Below are positions 12,041 to 25,269 of a stretch of 64,000 nt of DNA, piece after piece (position 1 is the first letter of the stretch; the number at the start of each line of letters is the position of its first letter). This stretch comes from the human T2T-CHM13v2.0 reference genome, Homo sapiens. The DNA is taken from the NCBI RefSeq assembly GCF_009914755.1, contig NC_060928.1; one strand, given 5' to 3'. A program made the translations under genes and the position numbers. The notes beneath the pieces were generated by a model, which ran no database searches, was not told the DNA's origin, and saw nothing but the letters and a program-made list of their open reading frames with translations.

Positions 12041-15000
12041 GCCTTAAAAATCCAGCTATACTAAATTGCAATGTAAAATCTATTTTAGGAGGAAAACATC
12101 TTGAGAATATTATTAGAAGTCACACACATAAGGTACATTTTTCTGACCCAAACAAAATCATCATAAACAAACATAAAATGATTTTATTGTAAATTGAATG
12201 ACTATTCAATTAATTATTTGAATCTCAATTCATGCTAAATTAGCTTTTGTCATTAGGTATCTCTTGCACAGAATTAGTGAAAATATAAAAAGTGTTATGA
12301 TGAGAGAAAAAAATAAATAAATAAAACCTAAAGCAGATAATAACATTAAAGGCATGGCTCTCATTTCCTGAGGTTTAAACTATTTTGTTTTACAGTTTTA
12401 GGGAAATGTGCAATATCAACTGTGCAACATCAATAATTTCTATGTCATGAGTCTTAGACAATGGACCTGCAGATGTGTTTCTTGATAACACATTTTTTTT
12501 TTCTTTAGGGAGTAATAAGTTCTGCTGTGAAGCTGATGTCAGCAAACTCTACAACTTTGATCTTCATAAGGTTATGCTTTTGAAATTAATGGGACAGCTG
12601 TATATGAAATCAAAATCAATTTACTATTTTCCACAATGGAGAAAGAATGAATTATCCAATATAAAGTGTGGAGCACTATAACGGCTGCAATCTCATCTCA
12701 CTATTCTTATGTTTTTTAATAAACTGTTCATGCTTTATTCTTGTAGTTTATGACATCAAAGGGACTCTTCTGTAAAATTACAGCAATAAATTTCACCTTA
12801 TGCTGGACAGAGTTTACTTCTTTTCTGTCCATCTGTCATCCTGTTTTGCAAATAATCAAGACATGACAAAATTGATTAAAGATTTATCTTGCCTTCATGA
12901 AATAGAATAGCTGCCTTACTTAGCTGAAACATGGCAATGTAAAAGCAGAGCTAAGTTTAGACCAAGTTGCTACCATTTAACACCACTCAAAAGACAAGTG
13001 ATATTCAGGTAAACCTGATGCTGTTGACTTATTATCGCTGAATATTTAATTCCTTGTAGTCCAAGTTAAAGTAGATTTCATTATTTGCCACTGGCATTTG
13101 GCAAAAATTGTTAATCAGTTATAAAAAAATGCATTGTTTACTACCATCTGCTGTCACATCTGTTTCACAAATAAATGATTCTAAAGAGAATATGTATAGA
13201 TTTAATACAGAACAGACATTTCTAGATATATTTTTAAATGTTAAACATTGACTTTTTTCCAAAATATTATACATTTGAATTGTAAAATATTCCTATACAT
13301 ATTTAGGGCCAGGTTTTCTCTACTTCTCCGTTATAACAATACTTAGTTCTCTGTAAGCCTCCCATTCTCATTTTAACTGTTTACTACACACAACCACACA
13401 CACACACGCACTGCTGACTTCTTTTTCATGCCTGCATATCTTATAACAGTTATGCTTACTCTCTTGCAAATTTCTGTCCTATTTTATATTGTAGAGTTCA
13501 CCAACAAAGAAAGATTTAATCAACATCCTTCACTCACCTGTCAGCCAGAATGGGTTACAATACCTGCTGTAAATATATGTGGTATACAGCAACTTTTAAA
13601 AATAACATGCACTGTTGTACCTGATATGTCTTTGAACCAACTCTTTGTGTAACATAATGCTAAGATACAGAAGAGTAGTTTTCTGTAATTAACTCTGCCA
13701 GAGCAAGAAACTAAAAGCCACGGAGTAATGATACACAAGTAAGTCCAGAACTGAATATGCTGAAAACACTCTCTTATTAAGCAGATCTATTAAAAATATA
13801 AACAAGAAATTTTATAAATTGGACAATTTTCCCCAGGATTTAAGAGAGGGCAATGCAGTGCTGAGATCTGCCCTCTTTGCATTTTGTCTCTCCTATAGGA
13901 ACACACCTGCCCCTGCGGCACTACCAAATATTAGCTGTTCCTGAATCTCTACCTATCATATTTCCTAGAGGTTAAGTATGGTCCTCTTTAGTCTTCATTG
14001 CTACTTTCAAAACATCTCAGAGGTGAAAAGGTAAGAGCTAAGGTAGGTAACAGTTAAGTGATTCACATTTAGAATGATAATAAAACTTTCTAAATATTAT
14101 TCATATTTAGAATAATATAGAAAGTAATAATTGTAACTCGGTTAATAATATATAAAGGAATAATTCAAATATTATCAAATGCTATTTTTCCCTTTGCAAG
14201 AAATCTTAAACACAAAAATAGACAATCATAGCTTTAATCTGCTTTACAAAAAATCCCTGCAATGCCTGTGCTTGTCAACAAATCTGCCTATTGAAAAATT
14301 CCAATGAACTCTACTAGTATTCCTCAACGTTTTTAAGGTTTCTTATTGAAATTAACCATTATGTGATATAGTGACTTCTTGTAAGTAATAAAAATGTTTT
14401 AATAACATGAATGCTTCAACAGAAATGCTATGGAATTTAAAATTATCTTTTTATGTCTAAATATTCAAAGGCCCTCAAATTAAGAACCAATTTAAAATGT
14501 GTAGTTCTCTTGAATGCTTTACAGTAGCAGGAAGTTTTATAAAATGCAGAATGTGAATTGAAGATCCACATGTCTGTAAAACTCATTATGGGAATAGGCA
14601 TTATGGGAAAAGCAGCGCCTGCTTTTGTTTAAGTTCTGATTTGTGAGTAAGTAAATTTAATCTATTGCACAACTAATCCAGTTACATGCATTTGTATGAA
14701 ATATAATACATAAAAACTAATTATGGAAAGTTTTGACACAAATATTCCTGTTCTGTTAACCTTTGCCTTTCATTCTCAAGCAAATATGTTGCTGATAGAA
14801 TGCTTATCAAAAAACATAATGTATCATGAAGTTTGTATAGTAAAAAGAAACTTTACGGTTATTTTTTATTTTTATTTTGAAAAACATTTTAAAAACAAAA
14901 TAAGGAGATGATAATCTGAACATAATTGACAGGATTATGCACCACATTAAAAGTAGAGGGGAAAAAGTGAAAAAAAAATACAATAACCCAACGTAAAATT

Positions 15001-15444
15001 ATGGATTGTTCCTAAATATAGTAAGCATTTCTATCCAAATAAAAATTGATGAGCATAACTGTTTTTAAATCCAGCCCTACTCTATACAGGAATCTGAGTT
15101 CCTAGAAAATAGAGAAAAGTATGTATAACTGACAGAATTTTAAAGATTAAACAAGACATCCTATTTGTTCAGCCTCGGCTATATATAGTGTTTAAAATGT
15201 GCATATGTAATACTTTCCCTTAAATTATTAATTTTCATGTAAAGACATATACATTCTACAAAAATAGGTTGAAGTATGATTTGATAATAAAACGTTTTTC
15301 TCAATTTAAATTTAGCACTTTTTTGGGCTAGCATATCATTTTAGATTAAATCAATGATGATATATTTCTAATGACAGCATGTCATCCTGGTTCATTTTTA
15401 ATATTTTGCAAACATGTTCTTTTAAAAATTTCCAAATGTACATT

Positions 15445-15498
15445 TGAGGTAGAGATTACAGTGAACCCCCATGAAGTAGAGATTACAACTAACCCCCA
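15445..15498. repeat. 27-bp tandem duplication (2 copies)
   Basis: tgaggtagagattacagtgaaccccca / tgaagtagagattacaactaaccccca. Confidence 0.85.
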
Positions 15499-16627
15499 TG
15501 TTAGTGCTTTCTGCTGCAGTAACGAATTATCCACTAATCTCATCCTAATGTCTATATTAGTTTTGACATTCACTCTGAAACCACACTGAGGGATAAAGTT
15601 TCCATCTCGGTTTTGAACCAGAATTTGGAAAGAGCATGGCGAAACCACAGGGAATCTCTTCAAGTTTCTCTGCGAAGTGGCACAGCTCAATTTTTCTTAC
15701 TTTTTTTGGCTAAAGCTGGTGGCCAAAGATGGCCATGTTCAACTCAGTAGGCACAGAAGTACCCTCCCTCAGTGAAGCACTGCAAGTCCTGTGGCAATAG
15801 TTGGGATGTATTAATTCTTTTCCATGAAGCACAGTGAATAAATTATAAATTTGTCAGTTGGCTTGCAGAAGGGTGACATTATTTTTTTTTCCTGACAACA
15901 GAGTCTTCCTATCCAAGGGCATAGCATTTATTTTCAATTTGTTCAAGTCCACTTTGTGTATCTTGGGAAGTTTTCTCATTTATGTTGCAAAAAACAAACA
16001 AACAAACAAACAAGCAAAACATATATATATATACTGTTTAGATAACTTATCTTTTTTATTATTATGTCAGATAGGACTTTTCTCCTATTGAGTTTTGAAT
16101 TTAAACCATTTTTATTTTATTGTTATTATTAACTTTTTAATGATAACCTATTTTTTAAAGACACCAAGCGGTCTGAGAGGCAATATAAAATGGGCAAAAT
16201 AAGTAAGTATGTGTTCCTGCTCTTAAGCAGCTCATAATTGTAGAAGACATAAGATATATCTGGGTAGTGACACTTCTAATACTACTTAAAATACTAGGTA
16301 ACAAATATATAAAATGGTTTGACTATGAATGTGATTGATTTAGACATATGTTCCTCCATTGAGCAATTTATTTAATTGAGCTGAGTAGGTTAACACTGTA
16401 TAGCTCCTTACTGTTCCCTAAATATCTCTCCTGAACCAGAAAATATTATTCAATAATATATATACCCATGTGAAAAAACATTTTTCTCACCAGTGGCATG
16501 AAACTTATAGATCTTTTAAATAAATATGAGGTATATACAGGATGCTGTGAAACAGACAAATAATTTATTTAATTCTTTTGTCATAGAGGCTAAAGTTTAA
16601 TGCAAAATTTTTCATTTTAAATTCTCT

Positions 16628-16836
16628 TTGGACACAGTGTGGGGAACATCACACACCGGGCCCTGTCGTGGGGCGGGGGGAGGGAGGAGGGATAGCATTA
16701 GGAGACATACCTAATGTAAATGATGAGTTAAGGGATGCAGTACATGAACATGGCACATGTATACATATGTAACAAACCTGCACATTGTGCACATGTACCC
16801 TAAAACTTAAAGTATAATAAAATAAATAAATAAATA
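16628..16836 (+). mobile_element. 5'-truncated L1PA 3' end (~200 bp)
   Basis: ggggaacatcacacaccggg, G-rich tract, gggatagcattaggaga...aaaacttaaagtataataaa and a (TAAA)n tail. TSD-like taaattctct / taaattatct. Confidence 0.92.
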
Positions 16837-17091
16837 AATTATCTGAAGATAAGAATTCAATAGTATTGGACATTATTAGAGTAGATCTCAATCATTGGCA
16901 CTAAAGCACCAGTGATTGAGTTCTACTCCAAAAATTACACATGGTTTAACATGCTTCAGTATAGGTGCTTGAACAAAATTATGATTATTGCTATTAAATA
17001 TTTTGTTAAAAAAATGAAATTCCTTAGCATTTGATCTTAGTTTAATACTTGAGAGCCATAAAAACTACAATCCAGAAGAAAAATTTTGACA

Positions 17092-17330
17092 ATAATAACT
17101 ACTACTAAATTATAATATATATCAACCACTGTGTTAAGTATTTTATATACATCATCTAATTTTAATTCAATAATATCTTACAAAGTAGGAGTAATTAATT
17201 TATGTTGCAGATGATAAATATGAGGCACAGAGAGTCTGTATAATTGATCCAGAGTCAAAATTCCAGAAGAAAGGGCTTCAATTCTGGTCAGCGTCTTCCA
17301 AACCAGGAGCTCCTAAACACTATACCATGG
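17092..17330 (-). mobile_element. MIR
   Basis: Core ttgcagatgataaatatgaggcacagagag matches the antisense MIR core. Confidence 0.7.
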
Positions 17331-18309
17331 TTTAGAAAAAAAAGAACTTACCTTTTAGTGTTAGTTATGTGTTGAATAGTTTGAAAGATGGACTGGAGGT
17401 TTGGAAAATGGCTATGAAGAAATAATAATATTTAAGAAATCATGTGGTAACCTGAGTTATTTTCAGTGAGATATTGCTTAAAGCCTTAAAAGTGAGGAAA
17501 TTTCTGAGATGAACAATATTCAATATTTAAAATTGCGCTTTAGCACTACTATTGTAAACAGATGCCAAGCAGAGATTTTATTTACAAGCAGCATTGTTTT
17601 ATACAGTCAGAAAGTTAGTTAAAAAATTATCCAAGAAAAATATAAGATAACAACATTCTGGAATTACAAATATCATGTTAACAAATTTTCAAGTGATGTT
17701 AATTATTGACACATATAATGAATTAAATGGTGAAATTATAGCAAAAGTAGATATTGACTTCTTTCTTGGTAAATTCCAGTAAGTTATGTTTTTTATATTG
17801 ATTTGATATGCTTATATTACATAACTAGTATCAAGGAAATAACATTTTTTCTAATTGTGGCTTTCCATTTTAATTTTAGATTATTTGTAACTTGCATGCA
17901 TGCTTCTGACAATACTGGGTTTATAATTGCAAATATGTAAATAAAACAAAATGTAATCCTATATTTGAATAAAAAGTAAACAGATTGTTAAAGTAGGAGT
18001 CTATCACACAATTTTGTTTTTGCTTTAATGACACTAAAAATTAAGAAAAATAAGATGATAAGGCTTTACCTCAAGTCAAATAATATTATTTAAGAAATAC
18101 AAATAAAAAGTTAAAAAAATTGTGTCAATACTGTACACAAGGTATGATTTCATATACTACAATTTTAACTAAAACATTTTAAAGTGAAGATTTAAAGAGT
18201 GATTAAACAACACATACTATAGATAATGTATCAACTTTAAGAATAACACTAAAATAATTAAAAAGTTGGAAAAATTAAGGACTGACCCTTGAATGGCACA
18301 TGAGAATTA

Positions 18310-18440
18310 TTTTATTTAGCAAAAATTTCAATGAACACATATTCATTGATATCATTTTTGTAGACACTGTTCTAGATATAGATACTAGGAATACCACAGT
18401 TAACAAAATGGAAAAGTGATTCCTGCTCCTTTGTCTCTTT
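18310..18440 (-). mobile_element. L2 3' end fragment
   Basis: agacactgttctaga...ctaggaataccacagttaacaaaa...ttcctgctc. Confidence 0.5.
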
Positions 18441-19472
18441 TATTGTAATACTATCATTACTACTCCAACACATTTATATCACGCACAAAAAATATCATCC
18501 TCATACTTTATTTAAAATCAAATTATGAAACGTGCTCCCCCCATTTTATTCTGTTTTTATTGGCTGTTAATAACTTGTGATCATAAATTGGAAATAACTG
18601 AAAAAATCCCGTGTATACTCATGCAATAACCTCCTGAACTGAGAAAGATCAGTAGCCTCTTCTGTAATATTGCGTGTGTGCTAAGCTTAGGCAACTTCTC
18701 TTTCCTCTATCCCACTTTAATAAGAGCCAATAAGATGCAGGTAATTGAAGGTCAAATGAAAAGAAAAGAGGAGTGAAAGAACAATGGCGTCACTCTCCAC
18801 TGCCTTTATGCTATCACAGCATTAAGACAGAATCTGCAATAATCTTTGTAATCATTTTCAAGATTATGCATAAAGATAAATATAATGTAGAACTAATGGC
18901 TTCCCTTAAAAATAATAATTAGCTGTGATAGACCTCCATCTTTTGAATACTTCTTTGGTTACAAGGTGATATAAAATTTAATCACAAAAATAATCTAAAC
19001 ACACGGAGTTTTTAACAAAGGAGCCCCAACCTTGACTGACATTCGGCTTTTTCTGTTCTTCCAGAAGAAATTCTACTCTTGAACATCAGTTTTCTCCAGG
19101 GGTCTTGGGTGAAGGCTGCTACAATTGAAAAAATAATTTATCTCTCATGGGCTTATTTCCTTCCTAAGCCTGAGGGGAAAAGTAGGAAAGTATTTATTGG
19201 CTTTTTCTTACTTGAAAGAAAATTTGGTACAAATTTTAAAAAGATAAAATACCGTTTTTACCAGATCCTGATGACAAGTCAACATTTTCTTATCAAGTAT
19301 TTTTACTGCAACGTATGTAATTTATGCAAAGGAAAAAATTATAACAATATTTATTAAGGACATTTTCATAAACATAGTGACAATTACTTTACATTTTTCT
19401 TATTTCCCAAGTTTAAAGAGCAACAGAGAATATTTTAAGAAATTTCTGTGAAACTGGTTACTTTGTTTTTAA

Positions 19473-19769
<297 letters not shown>

Positions 19770-19841
19770 TTGTTTTTAAGTTTTAAAAATTTTATTTAAC
19801 ATCAGGATAAAAACTTTTAATCCTGGTTTATAGAAAAAGGG

Positions 19842-20911
19842 CAGAATAGCCCCTGTTTATTTGTAGTTTTGCTCTCCAGGTTTCAGTTACCCACAATGAA
19901 CTCTGGTCTAAAAATATTAAGTAAAAAATTTCAGAAATAAAGAATTCATAAGTTTTACATTGTGCACCACTGGGAGCACCATGATGAAATCTCACACAGT
20001 CCTATGCCATGTTATTCTGTTCTGCCTGGGACACACATCTTCCCCTTGTCCAGACGTTTATGCTGCATATCCACACTGTATATGCTACCCACCACTTTAG
20101 TCATCAGTATCCTCTGCTCCTGTTATTCAACCATCAACATTGTCATAACTTGATAATCCAGGTCACTCAAAGCAGATAATCTGCCTTTTGACATATTGTC
20201 ACAAGGTCTATAATAGTCTAACACTGTCACCTTACTTCATCTGACCATAGGCAACTGTATTAGTAAGTTTTCACATTGCTATAAAGAAATATCTGAGACA
20301 GGGTAATTTATAAACAGAAGAGGTTTAATTGACTCACAGTTCCAGATGGCTGGCGAAACCTCATGAAACTTACAATCATGGCATAAGGTGAAAGGGAAGA
20401 GAGGCGTGTCTTTACAAGACAGGAGGAAAGAGAGAGAGCTAGAGAAGGGGAAGTGCCACACTTTTAAATCATTAGATATCATGAGAACTCAATCATCAAC
20501 AGGAGAACAGCATGGGGGAACCGTCCCCATAATCCAGTCACCTCCCACCAGGCTCCTTCCCCGACATGTGTTGATTACAATTTGAGATGAGATTTGAGTG
20601 AGTAAACAGAACCAAACCATCTCAGCATTTTGTTATCTCAGATCATCACAGGAGAAAGGGTGAATACAGTACAGTAAGGTATTTTGAGAGACAGAGAGAA
20701 AGAGAGACCACATTCACATAACTTTTATTACACTAGATTGTTATAATTGTTCTATTATTAGTTGTTAACTTCTTAATGTGACTATAAACTTTGTTATAAC
20801 TATGTATGTATAGGAAAAAACACTATATATAGGGTTAAGTACTATACATGGTTTCAGGCATCCACAGACGGTCTTAGGATATATTCCTTGTAAAAAAGGG
20901 AGGCTATTGTA
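19842..20911 (+). mobile_element. MER44 (Tigger7-derived) DNA transposon, split by MSTA
   Basis: 5' ggtttcagttacccac...aaaatattaa...cagaaataaagaattcataagtttta and 3' ggtttcaggcatccac...gggaggctattgta, with degenerate terminal inverted repeats. Confidence 0.8.
20256..20624 (-). mobile_element. MSTA-like MaLR solo LTR
   Basis: tgtattagt...gctataaagaaatatctgagac...acttacaatcatggc...aaaccatctca. Diverged TSD gcaac/gcatt. Confidence 0.85.
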
Positions 20912-22079
20912 TTTCATAATTTGATATTTTACATGATTTTATGTAAATAAAGATAATTTTATTTTTTAATATTATTCATCAACTATGTAAACCAATGATG
21001 ATTTTACTATAAGCTGGTTACTGTTATTCGCATATTACTCAAGGACACAGTTTTAAATCAATGATAATTTGGGATAGTTTTACCATTGAAGTATTGTGAT
21101 TATGTACACTTACTTTTGCTTTTAAAACTCATAAGAAGAGTAATGTCTTACATAATATTATACATTTCAATTGCCTTTAAGTCTAGTATTAAAACTTAAT
21201 TATTAGTGAAAAAGTACTATACAATAAAATAGACGGTTTTACAATTTCTGTTAATATTTTATTCTAAATGTTCAGATATGAAGAATACTGTATGATAAGA
21301 AAAAAGATGTTAGGATGAATCCCTGAGAAATAAGGAAATAAAACTCTTTGTCTATATATAATGCTCAAGCTATTGTATCAGACTGTTCATGGTAAAAGGA
21401 GAGGTCATTTTCATACGTACTTTCTGACAGAATGAGGACATTCCTGTTATCCCTGATTAGTTCAATAACGTCCCATGGCATTTTCTCCATTGATGCAACA
21501 TGGCAATGACAGTCTTATTTGCTGTTTACCCTGACCTTCTTTTTCTCCTCTTATTATATCCCTCTCCTTTCATAAACAGATTTAAAGTAATAAGTATGTT
21601 CCAAACTCCAAAAATAAAATTCAATGTGTTTCTGTCTTACAATTCAAAAGTAAGATAATTCCCATTAACATTCCCACTTACATTTTGCTTTCAAAATGTG
21701 CACTTAAAAAAAAAAAAGAAAAGCTCTGGATTCTTATAAAAATTACTATCCAGTTAGGTAAGACTGGGTTTGAATAACAATTCAATCAGAAATGTACTTT
21801 ATTTGTATTAAATTTTTGTGTATACAAACTGGATCTATGTCTATTATTTGTGAAATTCAACTATATTTACACAATGTAATCTATAAATAGCAAATAGGCT
21901 TTGAAGTATATTTGTAAAAAATATGTGAAATAAATATACAAAATAACATCATGTGTTTTAATTTTCTATTTGCATCATTTGAAATTAATTATCAGGAGTA
22001 TTAAAAGTAACATTGAAAATCTTATATTTACATAATAAAAGTGAAACCATTGTTTTCACACACAAACAAATACAATAAT

Positions 22080-22708
22080 TGTTGTAGTCTGCTTAGTCCC
22101 TGCTTCAGCTAGGTCTAAGTTCTTGTCCCGTGACCAAGAAGAAAGAGGCAAGTGGACACCCGAGAGTGAGTATAATTGAATTTATTAAGCAAAAGGAAAG
22201 CTCTTAATAAAGAGAGGGGATGTAAAAGCAGCTTACCAGAAATGGAGCTGAGTTCTTGGTCTTTTAAGAGTTCCAAAGACAAGGAACTCTTCTGTGGGTC
22301 CTGCCCAAATGGGAGTGGTAAAATTTCCTCCTAGAGGAATTACATCTGTGCATGCCTGCGATTGGCCAGAATGACTTCATCTTGGTTATTACCCAGGAGT
22401 GCCTAAGTTAAAACCATAAGGGTGCTAAAACCACAATGCTAATATCATGCCAATGACTTTATAATGAGCTGGGTCAAGTTAATGACATTTCGGTTGATTT
22501 ATTGTGTCTGTACCTAAGTTGTGACTGTCCCTTTTGAGCAACATCTTGGCACAAGGGGAAGTTCTTAACCATAGTTCTTCCTATTAGCTGCAGAGGTGGT
22601 GTAAGTGCTGTCCCATGGTTGTTCGCATGAACATTGCCTTTCTCTGTCCTTCTCCCTAGACCCTCCTTCTCTATCTGCCTAATCCGCCCCTACCTGCCTC
22701 CACTTTCC
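22080..22708 (-). mobile_element. 3' LTR of the HUERS-P3-like provirus (LTR25/MER61-like, unverified)
   Basis: Shares blocks with 27362-27972 (aagttcttgtcc, gaatttatt, aaaaggaaagctc, acaatgctaat, catcttggcacaa). A purine tract on the minus strand at about 22709-22719 precedes it. Confidence 0.85.
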
Positions 22709-22869
22709 TTCTCCACTCTGGAGTGATGACACTAACTGCCATTAGGGGATAAGGAGAGATGACCACTCTAGCTTATTCAAGCTGTGAGAGAGTGTTGTTT
22801 GTGTGGCAATCAGGGATCCTCCAGAGGGCAGTCTAGAAGGCCTCAGAAAAAGGACTTCATGCATTGTTC

Positions 22870-24370
22870 CACTTACATGATCCATCTGAAATTTAATGAC
22901 TAGGTGAAAAGAAACAAATTTTACAAGACGGTTTAATATGCAGGTTCCAAAAAGTAGACCTAACATAATCATTACAGAGATCCTATTAAGGGGAGAAACT
23001 ATGACATTGAAGGGAGATACCCTTTAATGGCATTCCATATATCTCCAGCTAAATGGATCTTAGTGTCTCTGAGTCATTTAGCACTATGAAATAGCAGGTT
23101 GGCTCTAAACTTAACCTCTCCTGAGGGGTTAACATAAAAGCAACAAGAAGTATTTGCTACAGCACATAGCCCTCCTTTTTCTGCTGAGGAAAAATCAAGG
23201 GCTATTCTATTATCCATTACCTGGTTAACAAGTGAGTCTAATGATGTTTGAGGGCCTTAAGACCTTGACTAGGATCTTCAGCATTTTGTTCAGTTAAACT
23301 TGATGCATTCTGGATTGTATATGCATTGTAAACTATTTCTCTCACCTAGCTGCCTGTGGATGTAACTGCTGTTATTACACCCAAGGCTGTAAGACCTACT
23401 CTTTATTTCTGTCAAGTATATTCCTGAAGGGAAGGGACTGTGAGAAGATCCTGGTATATTTGTAGGGAACCTTCCACGGGTAACACCCATCCCAGTGAAT
23501 ACATTCCTCTTACCACTGTGAGGTCTAGGAAATTCAAGGCCCACAATTTTTGCTACTGTTCTGCACAAACGAACCATAGTCCCTGAGGTCCACAAATGGT
23601 AGTGGTGTTATTGAGTAAATTCACCCACTTTCATAAGTCCTGGCTGAATGTACAGTTTGGGACATTTGATCCAGTTCATAAAGGACACCAAGAATTGCCA
23701 GTCCATGCTCTTGTTTTTTGTAAGGCAAAGTGGTTTGTTAAGTTGCCATCAACTGAATTTGCCCACATATATTGAATGTAGGCATTAACTGTCTAAACTG
23801 TTTTGTTCTGACAAGTTTTAATACATCTACTTCCATTAAACATTTGATAAGCAAAATCTGGGAAGGAATCAAAATTGTAAGTAAAGATCCCTGCCCTATG
23901 ATATACAGTGTTTCATGTTGTTGTTTGTATCCAGGTGGGAACACAAGGTATTGAGGAGTACTAGGGAAATTATCTCTTATCAGGGAGGGTAGGCCCCCTG
24001 TCTTTGTACCAGACTAGTAGTTTGAATGGTTGGATTTCTGGAACTGCTCTTACATTTTCAGAAAAGTGTCGGAAACATTTAGGAAAATGGTATTTTTAAA
24101 TTGTATTTGGCTTCTTAAAGCATTTCTAGTAAATATGCCCGAAGTGCAAGATATACTTCCGGTGGTAAATGTGGTAATAAAAAAGTTTAATTCTTTACTA
24201 CATGTATAATTTCTGACATTGCAAAGGGGGTCTTTGCTTTCTTGAGTGTGGCCCCCATCCCCAGTGGTAGACTTCTTATAGATTGTATAAACGGAGGGGC
24301 TGAAATGAAAGGAATGTAGAAGCACTGTGGCCACCCTGGAGTTTGTGGTGCCTGCTTGTAAGGGTGGTAG
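22870..24370 (-). pseudogene. env: ERV env remnant (SU and TM) with stops and frameshifts
   Basis: Minus-strand translation of 23220-23111 is VMDNRIALDFSSAEKGGLCAVANTSCCFYVNPSGEV (ISD plus CX6CC). The TM anchor LLFGTCILNRLVKFVS lies in ORF 22742-22972. Confidence 0.85.
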
Positions 24371-24374
24371 ACCT

Positions 24375-25268
24375 TTTAGTGGTCCTTATAATGTATTACT
24401 GCCACTTCCCATGGAAGGAAAACTGAGGATAATAGTCTGTAAAATTCCTAGTGGTATTTAAGGGGAGACCCATTAGCTATGAAGAAAGATCTCTCTTTCC
24501 AGACAGTGGCATGGGCATAGAGGATTAAGAAAGCACACTTAAGAGTAAATATAAATGTTAACTGCTTTTCCTATGCTTAATTCAAGTACCCTTGTGAGAG
24601 TAATTAGCTCAGCTGGTTGAGCGCATGTGCCTGGTGAGAGAGGCAGATTCTTAATAATATCATTCAGGGTGAACTACTGCATATCCTGCTTTACAGAATT
24701 TTTTGTCTACAAAGCATTTCCATCCATAAAGAGAATCTAGTCTGGGTTTTCTAAGGGAGTTTCTTTGAGATCCCCTTGGCCACATAGGTTTGCACCACTA
24801 GCTGTGCACAGTCATGCTCAGGCTCTCTAGCTTTTTTGGGGGAGGAAGGTGGCTGGGTTTAGACAGGGACAGGTTTTTAACTGGACCATAGAGCCCTCTA
24901 ACAGCAGAGCCTGATATTTGAGGAAGCAGCTGTCTGTTAGCCAGAGACTCCTTTTAGAAAGACAGCAGTCCTGCCACATTATTGGTTAAATAACAGGACA
25001 GTTATTCCCACAGTTAATTTCATAGCCTCTGGCACCTGCAAGGCTACTGCTGCAAGTGCCCAGAAGCAGGCTGGCCATCCCTTAGCCACCAAATCCAGCT
25101 CCTTTCTTAGGAAGTCCATGAGCTGGACCTTGTGCCTGGGTTGGAACTCCCAGGGCCATTCCTTTCATTTCTGATACAAAAAGATTTAATGTCTTCTCTA
25201 TGGGAAGACTAAGAGCTGGTGCCTTAAGCAAGGCTTGCTTTAATTGGTCAAAGACTCTTTTAGCCTCT
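24375..25268 (-). pseudogene. pol: ERV pol remnant: RT connection and RNase H only
   Basis: Minus-strand peptides DQLKQALLKAPALSLP, KGWPA, KAGYAVV, AQPAELITLTRVLELS and EVAVIHYKDH. No YXDD motif and no integrase. Confidence 0.85.
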
Positions 25269-25269
25269 G

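Noticed and set aside
12497-12576. Plus-strand polypyrimidine/AG acceptor at about 12508 with a possible short exon
   Set aside because: The following donor (AAG|gttatg) is weak and there is no coding or other support.
15445-15498. 27-bp direct repeats as a CRISPR-like unit
   Set aside because: There are only two abutting copies and no spacer.
23290-24334. env-region ORFs as a domesticated syncytin-like gene
   Set aside because: The region is broken into pieces of 101 aa or less by stops and frameshifts, so no intact SU-TM frame exists.
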